Source: Mobula birostris (taxonomy: Eukaryota). From it: a DNA stretch of 64,000 nucleotides. The stretch spans positions 87,005,921-87,069,920 of the forward strand of contig NC_092383.1 of the NCBI RefSeq assembly GCF_030028105.1. Direction: 5' to 3'. A program made the translations under genes and the position numbers. Position 1 is the first letter of the stretch; each line of letters opens with the position of its first letter. Of the stretch, positions 37,426 through 49,200 are shown piece after piece. Under the pieces are notes generated by a model. That model saw only the letters and a program-made list of their open reading frames with translations, did not search any database and was not told where the DNA came from.

Positions 37426-39185
37426 CAGGACTAAATGAAGGAAGAGTGAGTAAGGGATTTGAAAGTTGGAGGGGGAGGGGGAGATCCAAAATGATAGGAG
37501 AAGACAGGAGGGGGAGGGATAGAGCCAAGAGCTGGACAGGTGATAGGCAAAAGGGGATACGAGAGGATCATGGGACAGGAGGTCCGGGAAGAAAGACAAG
37601 TGGGGGGGGACCCAGAGGATGGACAAGAGGTACATTCAGAGGGACAGAGGGAGAAAAAGGAGAGTGAGAGAAAGAATGTGTGCATAAAATAAGTAACAGA
37701 TGGGGTACGAGGGGGAGGTGGGACCTTAGCGGAAGCTAGAGAAGTCGATGTTCATGCCATCAGGTTGGAGGCTACCCAGACGGAATATAAGGTGTTGTTC
37801 CTCCAACCTGAGTGTGGCTTCATCTTTACAGTAGAGGAGGCCGTGGATAGACATGTCAGAATGGGAATGGGATGTGGAATTAAAATGTGTGGCCACTGGG
37901 AGATCCTGCTTTCTCTGGCGGACAGAGCGTAGATGTTCAGCAAAGCGGTCTCCCAGTCTGCGTTGGGTCTCGCCAATATATAAAAGCCCACATCGGGAGC
38001 ACCGGACGCAGTATATCACCCCAGTCGACTCACAAGTGAAGTGTTGCCTCACCTGGAAGGACTGTTTGGGGCCCTGAATGGTGGTAAGGGAGGAAGTGTA
38101 AGGGCATGTGTAGCACTTGTTCCGCTTACACGGATAAGTGCCAGGAGGGAGATCAGTGGGGAGGGATGGGGGGGACAAATGGACAAGGGAGTTGCATAGG
38201 GAGCGATCCCTGTGGAATGCAGAGAGAGGGGGGTAGGGAAAGATGTGCTTAGTGGTGGGATCCCGTTGGAGGTGGCGGAAGTTACGGAGAATAATATGTT
38301 GGACCCGGAGGCTGGTGGAGTGGTAGGTGAGGACCAGGGGAACCCTATTCTCAGTGGGGTGGCGGGAGGATGGAGTGAGAGCAGATGTACGTGAAATGGG
38401 GGAGATGCGTTTAAGAGCAGAGTTGATAGTGGAGGAAGGAAAGCCCCTTTCTTTAAAAAAGGAAGACATCTTCCTCGTCCTAGAATGAAAAGCCTCATCC
38501 TGAGAGCAGATGCGGCGGAGATGGAGGAATTGCGAGAAGGGGATGACGTTTTTGCAAGAGACAGGATGAGAAGAGGAATAGTCCAGATAGCTGTGAGAGT
38601 CAGTAGGCTTATAGTAGACATCAGTGGATAAGCTGTCTCCAGAGACAGAGACAGAAAGATCTAGAAAGGGGAGGGAGGTGTCGGAAATGGACCAAGGAAA
38701 CTTGAGGGCAGGGTGAAAGTTGGAGGCAAAGTTAATAAAGTCAACGAGCTCTGCATGCGTGCAGGAAGCAGCGCCAATGCAGTCGTCGATGTCGTGAAGG
38801 AAAAGTGGGGGACAGATACCAGAATAGGCACGGAACATAGATTGTTCCACAAACCCAACAAAAAGGCAGGCATAGCTAGGACCCATACGGGTGCCCATAG
38901 CTACACCTTTAGTTTGGAGGAAGTGGGAGGAGCCAAAGGAGAAATTATTAAGAGTAAGGACTAATTCCTCTAGACGGAGCATAGTGGTGGTAGAGGGGAA
39001 CTGATTAGGTCTGGAATCCCTTTCAAATCCCTTACTCACTCTTCCTTCAGTTAGTCCTGACGAAGGGTCTCGGCCTGAAACGTCGACTGCACCTCTTCCT
39101 ACAGATGCTGCCTGGCCTGCTGCGTTCACCAGCAACTTTGATGTGTGTTGCTTGAATTTCCAGCATCTGCAGAATTCCTGTTGTT
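37426..39185 (-). mobile_element. Penelope-like element (Neptune type): 5'-truncated RT + GIY-YIG with an inverted pseudo-LTR
   Basis: GVAMGTRMGPSYA, (H)DIDD, Cys linker CKRNKCYTC, GVIYC...YIGET..R GIY-YIG motif; 12-bp TSD TACAAGGTTAAT (37414-37425 and 39186-39197); 39020-39185 is the element's 3' end inverted. Confidence 0.92.
39052..39089 (+). ncRNA. Minimal type I hammerhead ribozyme motif
   Basis: Stem I UAGUC/GACUG, core CUGACGA (39057-39063), short stem II AGG...CCU, GAAA (39077-39080), palindromic ACGU stem III, GUC cleavage triplet ending at 39084. Confidence 0.75.
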
Positions 39186-39300
39186 TACAAGGTTAATGGC
39201 AGGATTCTGCGCAAAGTGGAGGTACGGAGGGATATTAAGGTGCAAGTCCATAGATTCCTCAAAGTTACTGCACAAGTTGAAAAGGTGTTAAAGCAAGTGC

Positions 39301-40590
39301 ATAGAAACATAGAAACATAGAAAATAGGTGCAGCAGTAGGCTATTCGGCCCTTCGGACCTACTCCACCATTCAGTATGATCATGGCTGATAATCCAACTC
39401 AGAACCCTGTACCTGCCTTCTCTCCATACCCCCTGATCCCTTTAGCCACAAGGGCCATATCTAACTCCCTCTTAAATATAGCCAATGAACTGGTCTCAAC
39501 TGTTTCCTGTGGCAGAGAATTCCACAGATTCACCACTTTCTGTGTGAAGAAGTTTTTCCTCATCTCGGTCCTAAAAGGCTTCCCCTTTATCCTCAAACTG
39601 TGGCCCCTCGTTCTGAACTTCCCCAACATCGGGAACAATCTTCCTGCATCTAGCCTGTTCAATCCCTTTAGGATTTTATACGTTTCAATATAGATCACCC
39701 CTCAATCTTCTAAATTCCAACGAATATAAGCCGAGCAGATCTGGTCTTTCATCATATGAAAGTCCTGACATCCCAGGAATCAATCTGGTGAACCTTCTTT
39801 GTACTCCCTCTATGGCAAGAATGTCTTTCCTCAGATTAGGGGAGCAAAACTGCACACAATACTCCAGGTGTGGTCTCACCAAGGCCTCGTACAACTGCAG
39901 TAGTACCTCCCTGCTCCTGTACTCGAGTCCTCTTGCTATATGCCAGCATACCATTCACCTTTTTCACATCTGCTGTACCTGCATGCCCACTTTCAATGAC
40001 TGGTGTACAATGACACCCAAGTCTCGTTGCACCTCCCATTTTCCTAATCGGCCACCATTCAGATAATAATCTGTTTTCCTGTTTTTGCCACCAAAGTGGA
40101 TAACCTCACATATATCCACATTAAATTGCATCTGCCATGAAATTGCCCACTCACCTAACCTATCCTGCATCCTCTTAGCATCCTCCTCACAGCTAACACT
40201 GCCGCCCAGCTTCATGTCATCGGCAAACTTGGAGATGCTGCATTTAATTCCCTCGTCTAAATCTTTAATATATATTGTAAACAACTGGGGTCCCAGCACT
40301 GAGCCTTGCGGTACCCCACTAGTCACTGCCTGCCATTCTGAAAAGGTCCCGTTTATTCCCACTCTTTGCTTCCTGTCTGCCAACCACATCAATACCATAC
40401 CCCCATCTATCCACCTCTATCCACATCAATACCATACCCCCAATACCATGTACTTTAAGTTTGCACACTAATCTCCTGTGTGGGACCTTATCAAAAGCCT
40501 TTTGAAAATCCAAATATACCACATCCACTGGTTCTCCCCTATCCACTCTACTAGTTACATCCTCAAAAAATTCTATGAGATTCGTCAGAC
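39301..40590 (-). mobile_element. CR1 3' fragment, same young subfamily as 11357-13608
   Basis: Near-identical 3' region and (CATAGAAA)n tail; frameshifts and a small internal duplication at about 40383-40447. Confidence 0.92.
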
Positions 40591-43500
40591 CTGCTGGACT
40601 TCACTAGTCGAGGTATTGAGTTCATGAGCCACAAGGTAATGCTACACTCTGTAAAACTCTGGTTCAATCACACTTGGAGAACTTAGTTCAGTTCTGATTG
40701 CCTCATTGTCAGAAGGTTGTGGAAGCTTTAGAGAGGGTGCAATGGAGGTTCACCAAGAGACTTCCTTGATCAGAGAACATGTCTTATGAGGAAATGTAAG
40801 TGTTGAGCAAGCCAGGGATTTTCTTTTTAGAGCATAGGAGGGTGGGGGGTAATTTGATACAGTGATATAGAAGAGGTGTATAAGGCATAGATTGAGTGGA
40901 CAGGCAGCACTTCTTTCTCATGGTGACAATGACCAATGCCAGAGGACATCCATTTAAGGTGAGTGGAAGAAAGTTTAGGGGGAGATGTAAGAGGTAGGTT
41001 TTTTACACAAGGAGTGGTGAGTTCCTGGAACACACTGCATGCATAGTGGTAGAGGCTGATACAATAAGGACATTTCGAGACTACTAGATATGCACCTACA
41101 TATATGTATGAAAATAGAGGATCATGTGCTGTGTAGGAGGGAAGAACTAGACTGATCATGGCGTTAGATTAGCACAACACTGTGGGCTGAAGGGCATGTA
41201 CTGTGCTGTACTGCTCTAGGTTCTATGTTCCTACAAATAACAGAACTAGTGTTTTTTTCTCTCTACTTTTCAGAATTACTCTTTCCTCTCAGTTTTATAT
41301 GCAGTTGATGCCTTTCATTATAATACCATGTGGGGTATGAATAATATATAGAGTAATATTCATTGTTTTTGCTGATTTACGGGCAAAAATTGACTTGTAG
41401 GTATCTATAAAAACAGACCTATTCATTACTCAGGGATGGTCTGTATGGAGTTTGGATAAGACTGATCTGATCAAATGATAGGCAAAGCTCTGCCCACCAG
41501 TGAGCACAAGGAGTCCTGCCACAAGAGAGCAGAATCCATCATCGAGGACCCACATTCTCCAAACATGCTCTCCTGTCAGTGCTGCCAATGGGAAGGAGCT
41601 ACAGGATGCTCAGGTCCCATGCCAATAAGTTCAGGATCATCAAGCTCCAGCACTAAGGTGGATAAATTCAGTCACCCCAACACTGAAATGATCACTGAAC
41701 ACAACCTCTGGACTCACCTTCAAGGATTCTACAACTCATGTTCTCAGTGTTATATATTTATTTAATTATTGTATTTGCACAGTTTGTCTTCTGTTGCACA
41801 TTGTCTGTTTATCCATATCTGTGTGTCGTTTTTCATTGATTCTGTTGTATTTCATTGTCCCACTGTGAATGCCTACAAGGAAATGACTTTCAGGGGAGGA
41901 TATGGTGACATTAATGTAGCTGATCATAAATTTACCAGGTACATTTTGAACATTGATAAGGTGCATGATTACTGACCTAGCACAATGCATTTTGTAGAAA
42001 TGAAGTGAGAAAGAGACACAAGCATGAAATTTTCCAGTCACTGTACAAAGGTCTTAAAGGAGAATGAGCATTGGAAATAAAAGCTGGCTGCTGAATAAAA
42101 TGAGTGAGCTGCAAATTACTGCAGCCTGCTTCGGTCCTTCGGGTGTGAATCTGCAAATAGAAGGTCTAACTTTTCTCATTACTGATCTGTGACTGTGACC
42201 CATGAAAGTTCAACAAAGGGTCTTGAAAATGAGAGAAGGTGAACAGCATTTTTGCAATTTAAATCAGGGTTGTATATGGCGACAAATATAGATTTTGATA
42301 ACAAATTTAATTTCAATTTTGAATTTTGAAATGCCCCATTCACAAGGAGGAATATCACATTATATCCTTCACTTCCTATGTGAGGATGTGAAATAGTAAC
42401 ACCAGAGTCTGTTTGGAGCTCTTGATCTCTTCAGCTCAGGCTTATCTGATGGGTGTTGATTAGCTGCAGATAATTCCAGAATCAGTGATCCCACTTGTGA
42501 ATCTTGGCCTGTTGAACCTGAGCTCGTTAATGTTCTGAGGGAAGGATCTTGCTTTGTTTTTTTCCGCTACAAAGTAACAAATTTCACATCAGAAGTCAGT
42601 AAAAATAAACCTGATTCTAATTCTGAAAGAGAAACTTTCCCTGTATCAGGGAATCCCAAAGCAATTCTCAAAGGGTACCATAAGAACTTCTGTGCTCTTT
42701 ACTTGTCTTACAAAACAGAATAAATGGAAGTACCAATGTATTCCTCACATAAACAAACTGCTCCACTCTCGCCCTGCATTGCCCAATCACTTCAGACCAT
42801 AAGATATTGAGGGAGAATTAGGCTATTCAGCCCACTGAGTCTGTTCCTCATTCGACAATAGCTGATTTATTATCCCCCTCAATCCTATTGTCCCTGTAAC
42901 TTTGACACGCCCTTTCTCATCAAAAACCTATAAACCTGCACTTTCAATGTACCAAATGACTTGCCCCCTACCCTCCACAACTGTCTGTGACAATGAATTC
43001 CTCATATCAGCAACCTCCTGTCAGTGACTTCCCAATTATAGGAAACATCTTCTCCCTACACTCCATCTGGGTTCTTGGCCCTTTACTACTCAAGCGGTTT
43101 TAATGAGAACCCTCCCCTCCCTGCCATTCTTCTAAACTTCAGCTAATACAGGCCCAGAGCCATCAAACACTCCTGATACATTAACCCTTTCTGGGATTGT
43201 TCTTAGGAAACTCCTCTGGACCCTCTCCTATTACAGCACATCCTTTCGAAGAGAAGGGGCTCAATACTGTTCACCATATCCCAAGTCCAGTCCGACAAAT
43301 AACTTCGAATGCTACAACTCTTGGATAACTTCTCAACAACAGAATAGAAAACGTTTTTCAATCCCACCATTGTATTTACGGGTGTGCAGAGGATTGGGAT
43401 TAGGATTAAACACAATTTCCTTTTCACTTTTCTTCACCGAATTGTTATTGTTGTTCAGTGATCTAGTTGCTGAAACAAAAATGCTTTGCTGAAGATGCTT

Positions 43501-43594
43501 TGTATCTCTGCACTTGTTCTCATCAACATACTGAACCACGGTTGTTGAGAAGCTTTCCAAGATGTGTTGAGGCAATGCAGGAAGAGACCAGAGC

Positions 43595-43992
43595 TGTCAC
43601 AACCACAGATTCGGCATCGCAGCAAAGACGGCAGTTGTGCTCATTAATATGCATGTGTCACTTCATTATTATTTAATTGTGATGGTATTTAAATCCATTC
43701 TTTTCATCGTTGTGCTTGTTAGACTTGAGCAAAGCACAGCAACTTTTCTTTGCTTGCTTGCATTCGGCCTAGCCTGAGAAATTGGACTATCGAGTCAACT
43801 GACTCTGAAGACAAGCAGTGTACGTTTTACATTCAGTTATTCCTTTCAGCACAGTGTTGTCTTTGTTTCTCATTTGGGTGTTTTTAGTTAACAACCCTGT
43901 TTGGCTTAGCAATTATTGTTTTTTCCCTCTATCTCTGTTCACATAAAAGTCTGTGAACTATCAACCCACTTCAGTGTCTCTCACTCCTCACA
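43595..43992 (+). mobile_element. Solo LTR-like insertion shared with copy B
   Basis: TGTCACAA...CTCACA ends; absent at the orthologous point in copies C and A'; TSD not confirmed. Confidence 0.55.
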
Positions 43993-46147
43993 TGGGCCAT
44001 ATCTCAACGTAGAGACTGGAATGATCTCTTAAACTGTAACATCCATTCATACTTCTCTATATTCTTTTCGGTAAGACAAACAAAGAAGACAGAAGTTCTA
44101 ACCGCATCCTTTGCTCAGGGTGAACATTACACAGATGGCAGCAGTGACTAATACAATAGAGTCAGCACTCATACTATACATGTACAGAATTTAAGAAGAA
44201 ATACATTCACAGCTAATATACTGCACTGTTTTCCTCTAAAACAAATGTAACAAAAGCTCTCTATGCATACTGAATTATTTTATCATTTATCTATTTTATA
44301 CAAAGTGAAATTAAGTGTTTATAAACAAAAGCAAAGTCAGCAACTAAAATTCAGGTAAATATAAATCATCCACATTCTTGGATCACTTCAATGCTCACAT
44401 TGCAATGAAATCAAAAGCAACACACAGAAACTGCTGGAGAAAATCAGCAGGTCAGGCAGCATCTAAGGAAATGAAGAAGATAGTCAAGGTTTCATAGATC
44501 TGATTCTGAAATACTTCTGAATTACGTCTCCAATACGTGTGACATGTCAGAATTGTTATCCCTGATACTGAAACTCTACTCAGACTTCATCTACCCCAGG
44601 GAATCGCACAGCATGAATCTGGATAGATCACACTTTGAGTAACAATGAAAGATCTAACCAGGTGGACAGAGATATTGGGAAGCCAGCTAATGAGAAGGTG
44701 AGCAAAGGTATGCAGTTTCAGGGATCAGGGAGACCATGGGAGTGGGATAGGAAAGATAGAAATGTTCTCTCCTTTGTCAAGTCTGAACTGTCCATTTACT
44801 GTGCTCTATTATTCTGTGGGAAATAGAAACTACAAGGGTTGGCTACTCACACAGATCATTTACTGTCAAATAGATTTCATTTGCTTTAAGAATGGATCAG
44901 ATGTGGATTTTACCCCATTGTGATTGTGCAACTCCATTCTGAAGGATTCCCATCACATCTAACTGAAGCAAAGTGAAATTCCATCAGAGGTCTCGATATT
45001 ACACTGACAGATGGGATAGAGTTCAGAAGAGATGAGCTTTCAAGGTTCAAAGAGGAGAGAGATGAAGTCAAATATGAATGTTGAGTTTGCATGAAAAGCC
45101 CCTTCTACATCACACCCATTTCCCACTTTGCTCCCTCCTCAGCAGCAAATTCCCAAAAATTATGGCAACACAGGGAAAAAGCTGGTGGATCTCAACCGAC
45201 CAGGCAGAGCCTGTAGAAAAGAGTAAACAACCGACCTTTCAGGCTGAGTCACTTCTTCAGGACTCATGTCATGTCTTCCTCGTGTGTCGTGTTTGATTGA
45301 ATTATCAAGGCAAGTCCAGAACGATGTACAAATCGTAGGGTGCAAGTCCATAACTCCCCGAGATTCAGAACAGTGGGACATGGTAAAGTAGGTGTTAAAG
45401 AGGGCGCCTGACACTGTATGATCAGTGAGCATTCAAGAATTCATGTTGCAGAAGAGATTCACCAGACTGGTGCCTGTATTAGAAGACCATAAGACCCAAA
45501 AGGCATTGGAGCAGAATTAGACCTTCTCGACCCCATTCTCCTGCCTTCCCCCGTAACCTTTGATGCCTTTACGAATCAAGAACCTATCAACCTCCACTTT
45601 AAATATACCCAATGACTTGGCCTTCACAGCCTCTGTGACAGTGAATTCCACAGATTCACCACCCTATGTTCAAAGAAATTCTTCCTCACTTCTATTCTAT
45701 AGGAAAGTTCCTGTACTCTGAGGCTGTGCCGTCTGGTTGTAGACTCACTTACTGTAGGAATCATCCTCTTCACATCCACTCACTCGAGGCCTTTCAATAT
45801 TCAGTCCGTTCAATAAGATCCCACCTCATTCTGCTAAACTCCAGTGAGTATATTTTAAGTCAAGCAAAAAATAAAACTTCCGGAGGAACTTCGGGAGTCA
45901 TGTCGGATCTGCGGAGGCAGAGTGGTCAACATTTCAGATTAATTCCCTGTTTCAGGACACCTCCAGCCATTTACTGTTCTTTCAGATTAGAACATCTGCT
46001 GTTGCTTGTGTCCAATATTTCAACTCTTTTCACCATTTCATTCAGTCTTTAGGAATTGTTTAAGTATTTCTGTCTTGCTAAATATACCTAAGTGCTTTCC
46101 AGATTGTCACGTATCACACACCGGCTGTGTCACCCTTGGTTTTTGAT

Positions 46148-46180
46148 CAAACTTCCTGCTGCCTTCTTCCTCACTTTTAT
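46148..46180 (+). promoter_or_regulatory. Candidate ETS/PU.1 sites upstream of the leader ATG
   Basis: AAACTTCCTGC and CTTCCTCACTTT (reverse strand GGAAG cores) 60-95 nt before the ATG; short motifs, inference only. Confidence 0.3.
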
Positions 46181-46240
46181 TTCATAGTTATTTCTCTCTG
46201 AGGACAGACAGGTCCTGGCTGGGTCTCTGCGAACAAAACA

Positions 46241-46277
46241 ATGTGGGCTTCAATTCTTCTGATTGTTTTCCTACCTG
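46241..46277 (+). CDS. Leader (signal peptide) exon MWASILLIVFLP
   Basis: ATG at 46241, hydrophobic peptide, donor G|GTAAGT at 46277/46278 in phase 1; joins the V exon to give ...FLPVSGELWAEK. Confidence 0.85.
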
Positions 46278-49200
46278 GTAAGTGACAAATTGTGCTGGAC
46301 GTTTGCATAATCAGCGTTGGTTTAGGGGTTGTACACCGTTTTCAGAACAGTACTTGAATATCTGTAGATACGAAAGATGTCAGAAACTGGATTTCAGAGT
46401 TCACTCTCGGAGGAACTCAGTGGATCAACCAGCATCTGTCAGGGGGAGGGAAAATGTAAACAGTTTGGGTCAAGACCCTGTATCAAGTGTGAATGGAGGG
46501 GGAGATAGTGTACATAGGAGAGGGGGACATGTGAGACTGGGTTCAGGGACTCAGGAGGGGTGAAGCACAACAGACGAATGGAATGGGGAGGAAAAGGGGG
46601 GGAGTTTGGAGATGGGTGAGAGGTGGAAGCAGATAAGGAGAAAAGGGGAATAGTGTGGAGCCACTTGGGGGGAGAATATGTCCAGTTGGAGAAAAGTCCT
46701 GGAGGCTGTTAAGCAGAAACATCAGGTCTACCATTGCCGGAATCTGATCTCACTCTGCAGGCATCACTATGACAAACAACATTATTCTCTTGATATCAGT
46801 GTCTTTCCTTGGCCATTTTAGTGGGGCAATTAGTAAAGGACATTACTAGATGTGCAGTCCAAGGTACAGAGGATGTATCGACAGCATCCTGAGCAGCTGC
46901 ATTGCTGCCTGGTTCGGGAATTGCACCGTCTCGGATCGCAAGACCATGCAGCGGATAGTGAGGTCAGCTGAGAAGATCATCGGGGTCTCTCTTCCCGCCA
47001 TTACAGACATTTACACCACACGCCGCACCCGTAAAGCCAACAGCATTGTGAAGGAACCCACGCACCCCTCATACAAACTCTTCTCCCTCCTGCCATCTGG
47101 CAAAAGGTACCGAAGCATTCGGGCTCTCACGACCAGACTGTGCAACAGTTTCTTCCCCCAAGCCATCGACTCCTTAGTACCCAGAGTCTAGACTGACATC
47201 TACATCATTTATTATTATATTGTAGTTTGTCCTCTACTGTGCCTATAGCCTTGTTTATTAATTATTGTACTGCCCTGCACTGTTTTGTGCACTTTATGTA
47301 GTCCTGTGTAGGACTGTAGACCAGTGTAGTTTTCGTGTTGTTACATGTAGCATCATGGTCCTGGAGAAACGTTGTTTCGTTTTTACTGTGTACCAACAGT
47401 TTGTGGTCGAAATGACAATAAAAAGCGACTTGACTTGACTTGACTTGACTTGAGAGGTCTGTCCCTAAAGGCCTTTCTGATCTTGTTGGGATTTTGACAG
47501 CCTGGTAGTTGCTCATTATTATTGACATGTGGTTTTTAATTCCAGAAATAATTAATTAGATATAAACTCTCAATGTATCTTTACAGAAACTGAAGTCACA
47601 CCTGGATTTCTAGACACTAAAGTGGTAACGACTGCTATTGCACCACTTTCTAACTACACATAGAAATACTGGTCAGGTACAAAATATAAAATTTCCATCA
47701 GAACCAGAGGGCACAGTTTCAGACATCATGAGAGGTTTCCTTCTGCAATTTATAAACTTGTCCGTAAGCGAGGAGGAAGTCAGGTCATTGGCATCATGGA
47801 GAGAATTGAAACATAACCTCAAATGATCCTACCAACCCCCGACTCAACCCTGGAATACAAGAAACATATGCACACAAATCTCTATGTACAGCAGCTCTAT
47901 CTATCCCAAATAAACTAACTGGTATCTTTGTGTACATTTGAAAGGCTGAGATGATCTGTGTTAACTGAAAGCTCAAAATTGTGGCTCTTCCTCAGTGCTA
48001 CCTGAAAGGTCAGCCCTGGGTTTCTGCTCAGGACCCTGGAGTGGGAAGTGCACCCACAATGTACTGACACAGGGGAGAGAGCACTGACACAGTAACAGCA
48101 CTGACTGCACTTCACACCAAAATCATTGGCTGTGGTGTCATGGACCACATGCTGGATGTGACATGGACATGTATTTACCGTCATGTTCAAAGATATCTGT
48201 TTGCCTAAGTTGTCCCTTTTACCTCAAATCTGAAAGTGCTTCCCTCAGTTTCAGGTGAATTGTGGGCAGAGAAATATGTAAAAGGAATTGTGGGAAGAGC
48301 GATCACAATCGATTGTCACTACGAAGAAAAGTACCGCTCATACACAAAGTATTGGTGCCGTGGATGGACTCGTTACTGTTCAGTTTTAGTGGAAACAAAC
48401 TGGCAACACGGACAGGGTGGACGAGTGCCAATCACAGATAACCCAAAACAGAGAATATTTACTGTTACTATGGAGGATCTTCGCTCTAGTGATACAGGAT
48501 GGTACAGCTGTGGAATTACAACACCTGGTAATGATCCGGTGTTTAACGTACATCTACAAGTATCTGATGGTAGGTTTCTCAGTGATTGACTTTCTGCCTT
48601 CCAGAAAGTAAATGTCTCATCCATGTTTCCCCTGGGAAGGGTCAGTGCAGTAGATGTCCTGGGGAGTGATGATGTGCAGATCCCAGGGTTAAGCTTGTAG
48701 AATGGAGAACTGCCTGTGGATGTGTTTGAAGAACAACAATCTCCTCCTCCTCCTGCTCAGCTTCTGCACAGATTACAAGGTCTTTGTCCAGAGCCTGTCC
48801 ATCCCTCACTATCTCTGCATTAATATCAATGACACATGTTTCCCTGTCTATGGCAGGTCACTGAACCCAGTCACAATTTCATTTTCTCCTGAAAGCCTCT
48901 ATACATGTGACGGATATCTCACAAGTTGTGTCTCTAAACACTCAATGGCCACTTCATTAGGAACCTCCTATGCCTAATAAAGTGGCCATTGAGTTTATCT
49001 TTATGGTCTTCTGCTGCTATGGCCGATTCTTTACAAGGTTCAATGTGTTGTGTGTTCAGATGCTCTTCTGCACACCACTGTCATAAAATGTGGTTATTTG
49101 CATTCCTGTCATCTTTCTGTCCGCTTGAACCAGTCTGGCCATTCTTCTCTGACCTCTCACATTAACAAGGCATTTTGCTCACATAATTGCTGCTCACTGA

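Larger units (their letters stand above)
36631..45010 (+). repeat. Tandem unit copy B'
   Basis: Same landmarks at about 36655, 41422, 42035, 42395 and 43425; expanded by Tc1 MITE, Penelope-like, CR1 and LTR-like insertions. Confidence 0.85.

Noticed and set aside
37726-39135. 469-aa ORF as a complete functional protein
   Set aside because: Its first 40 or so residues come from the inverted pseudo-LTR, the RT is 5'-truncated and the catalytic motif is altered.
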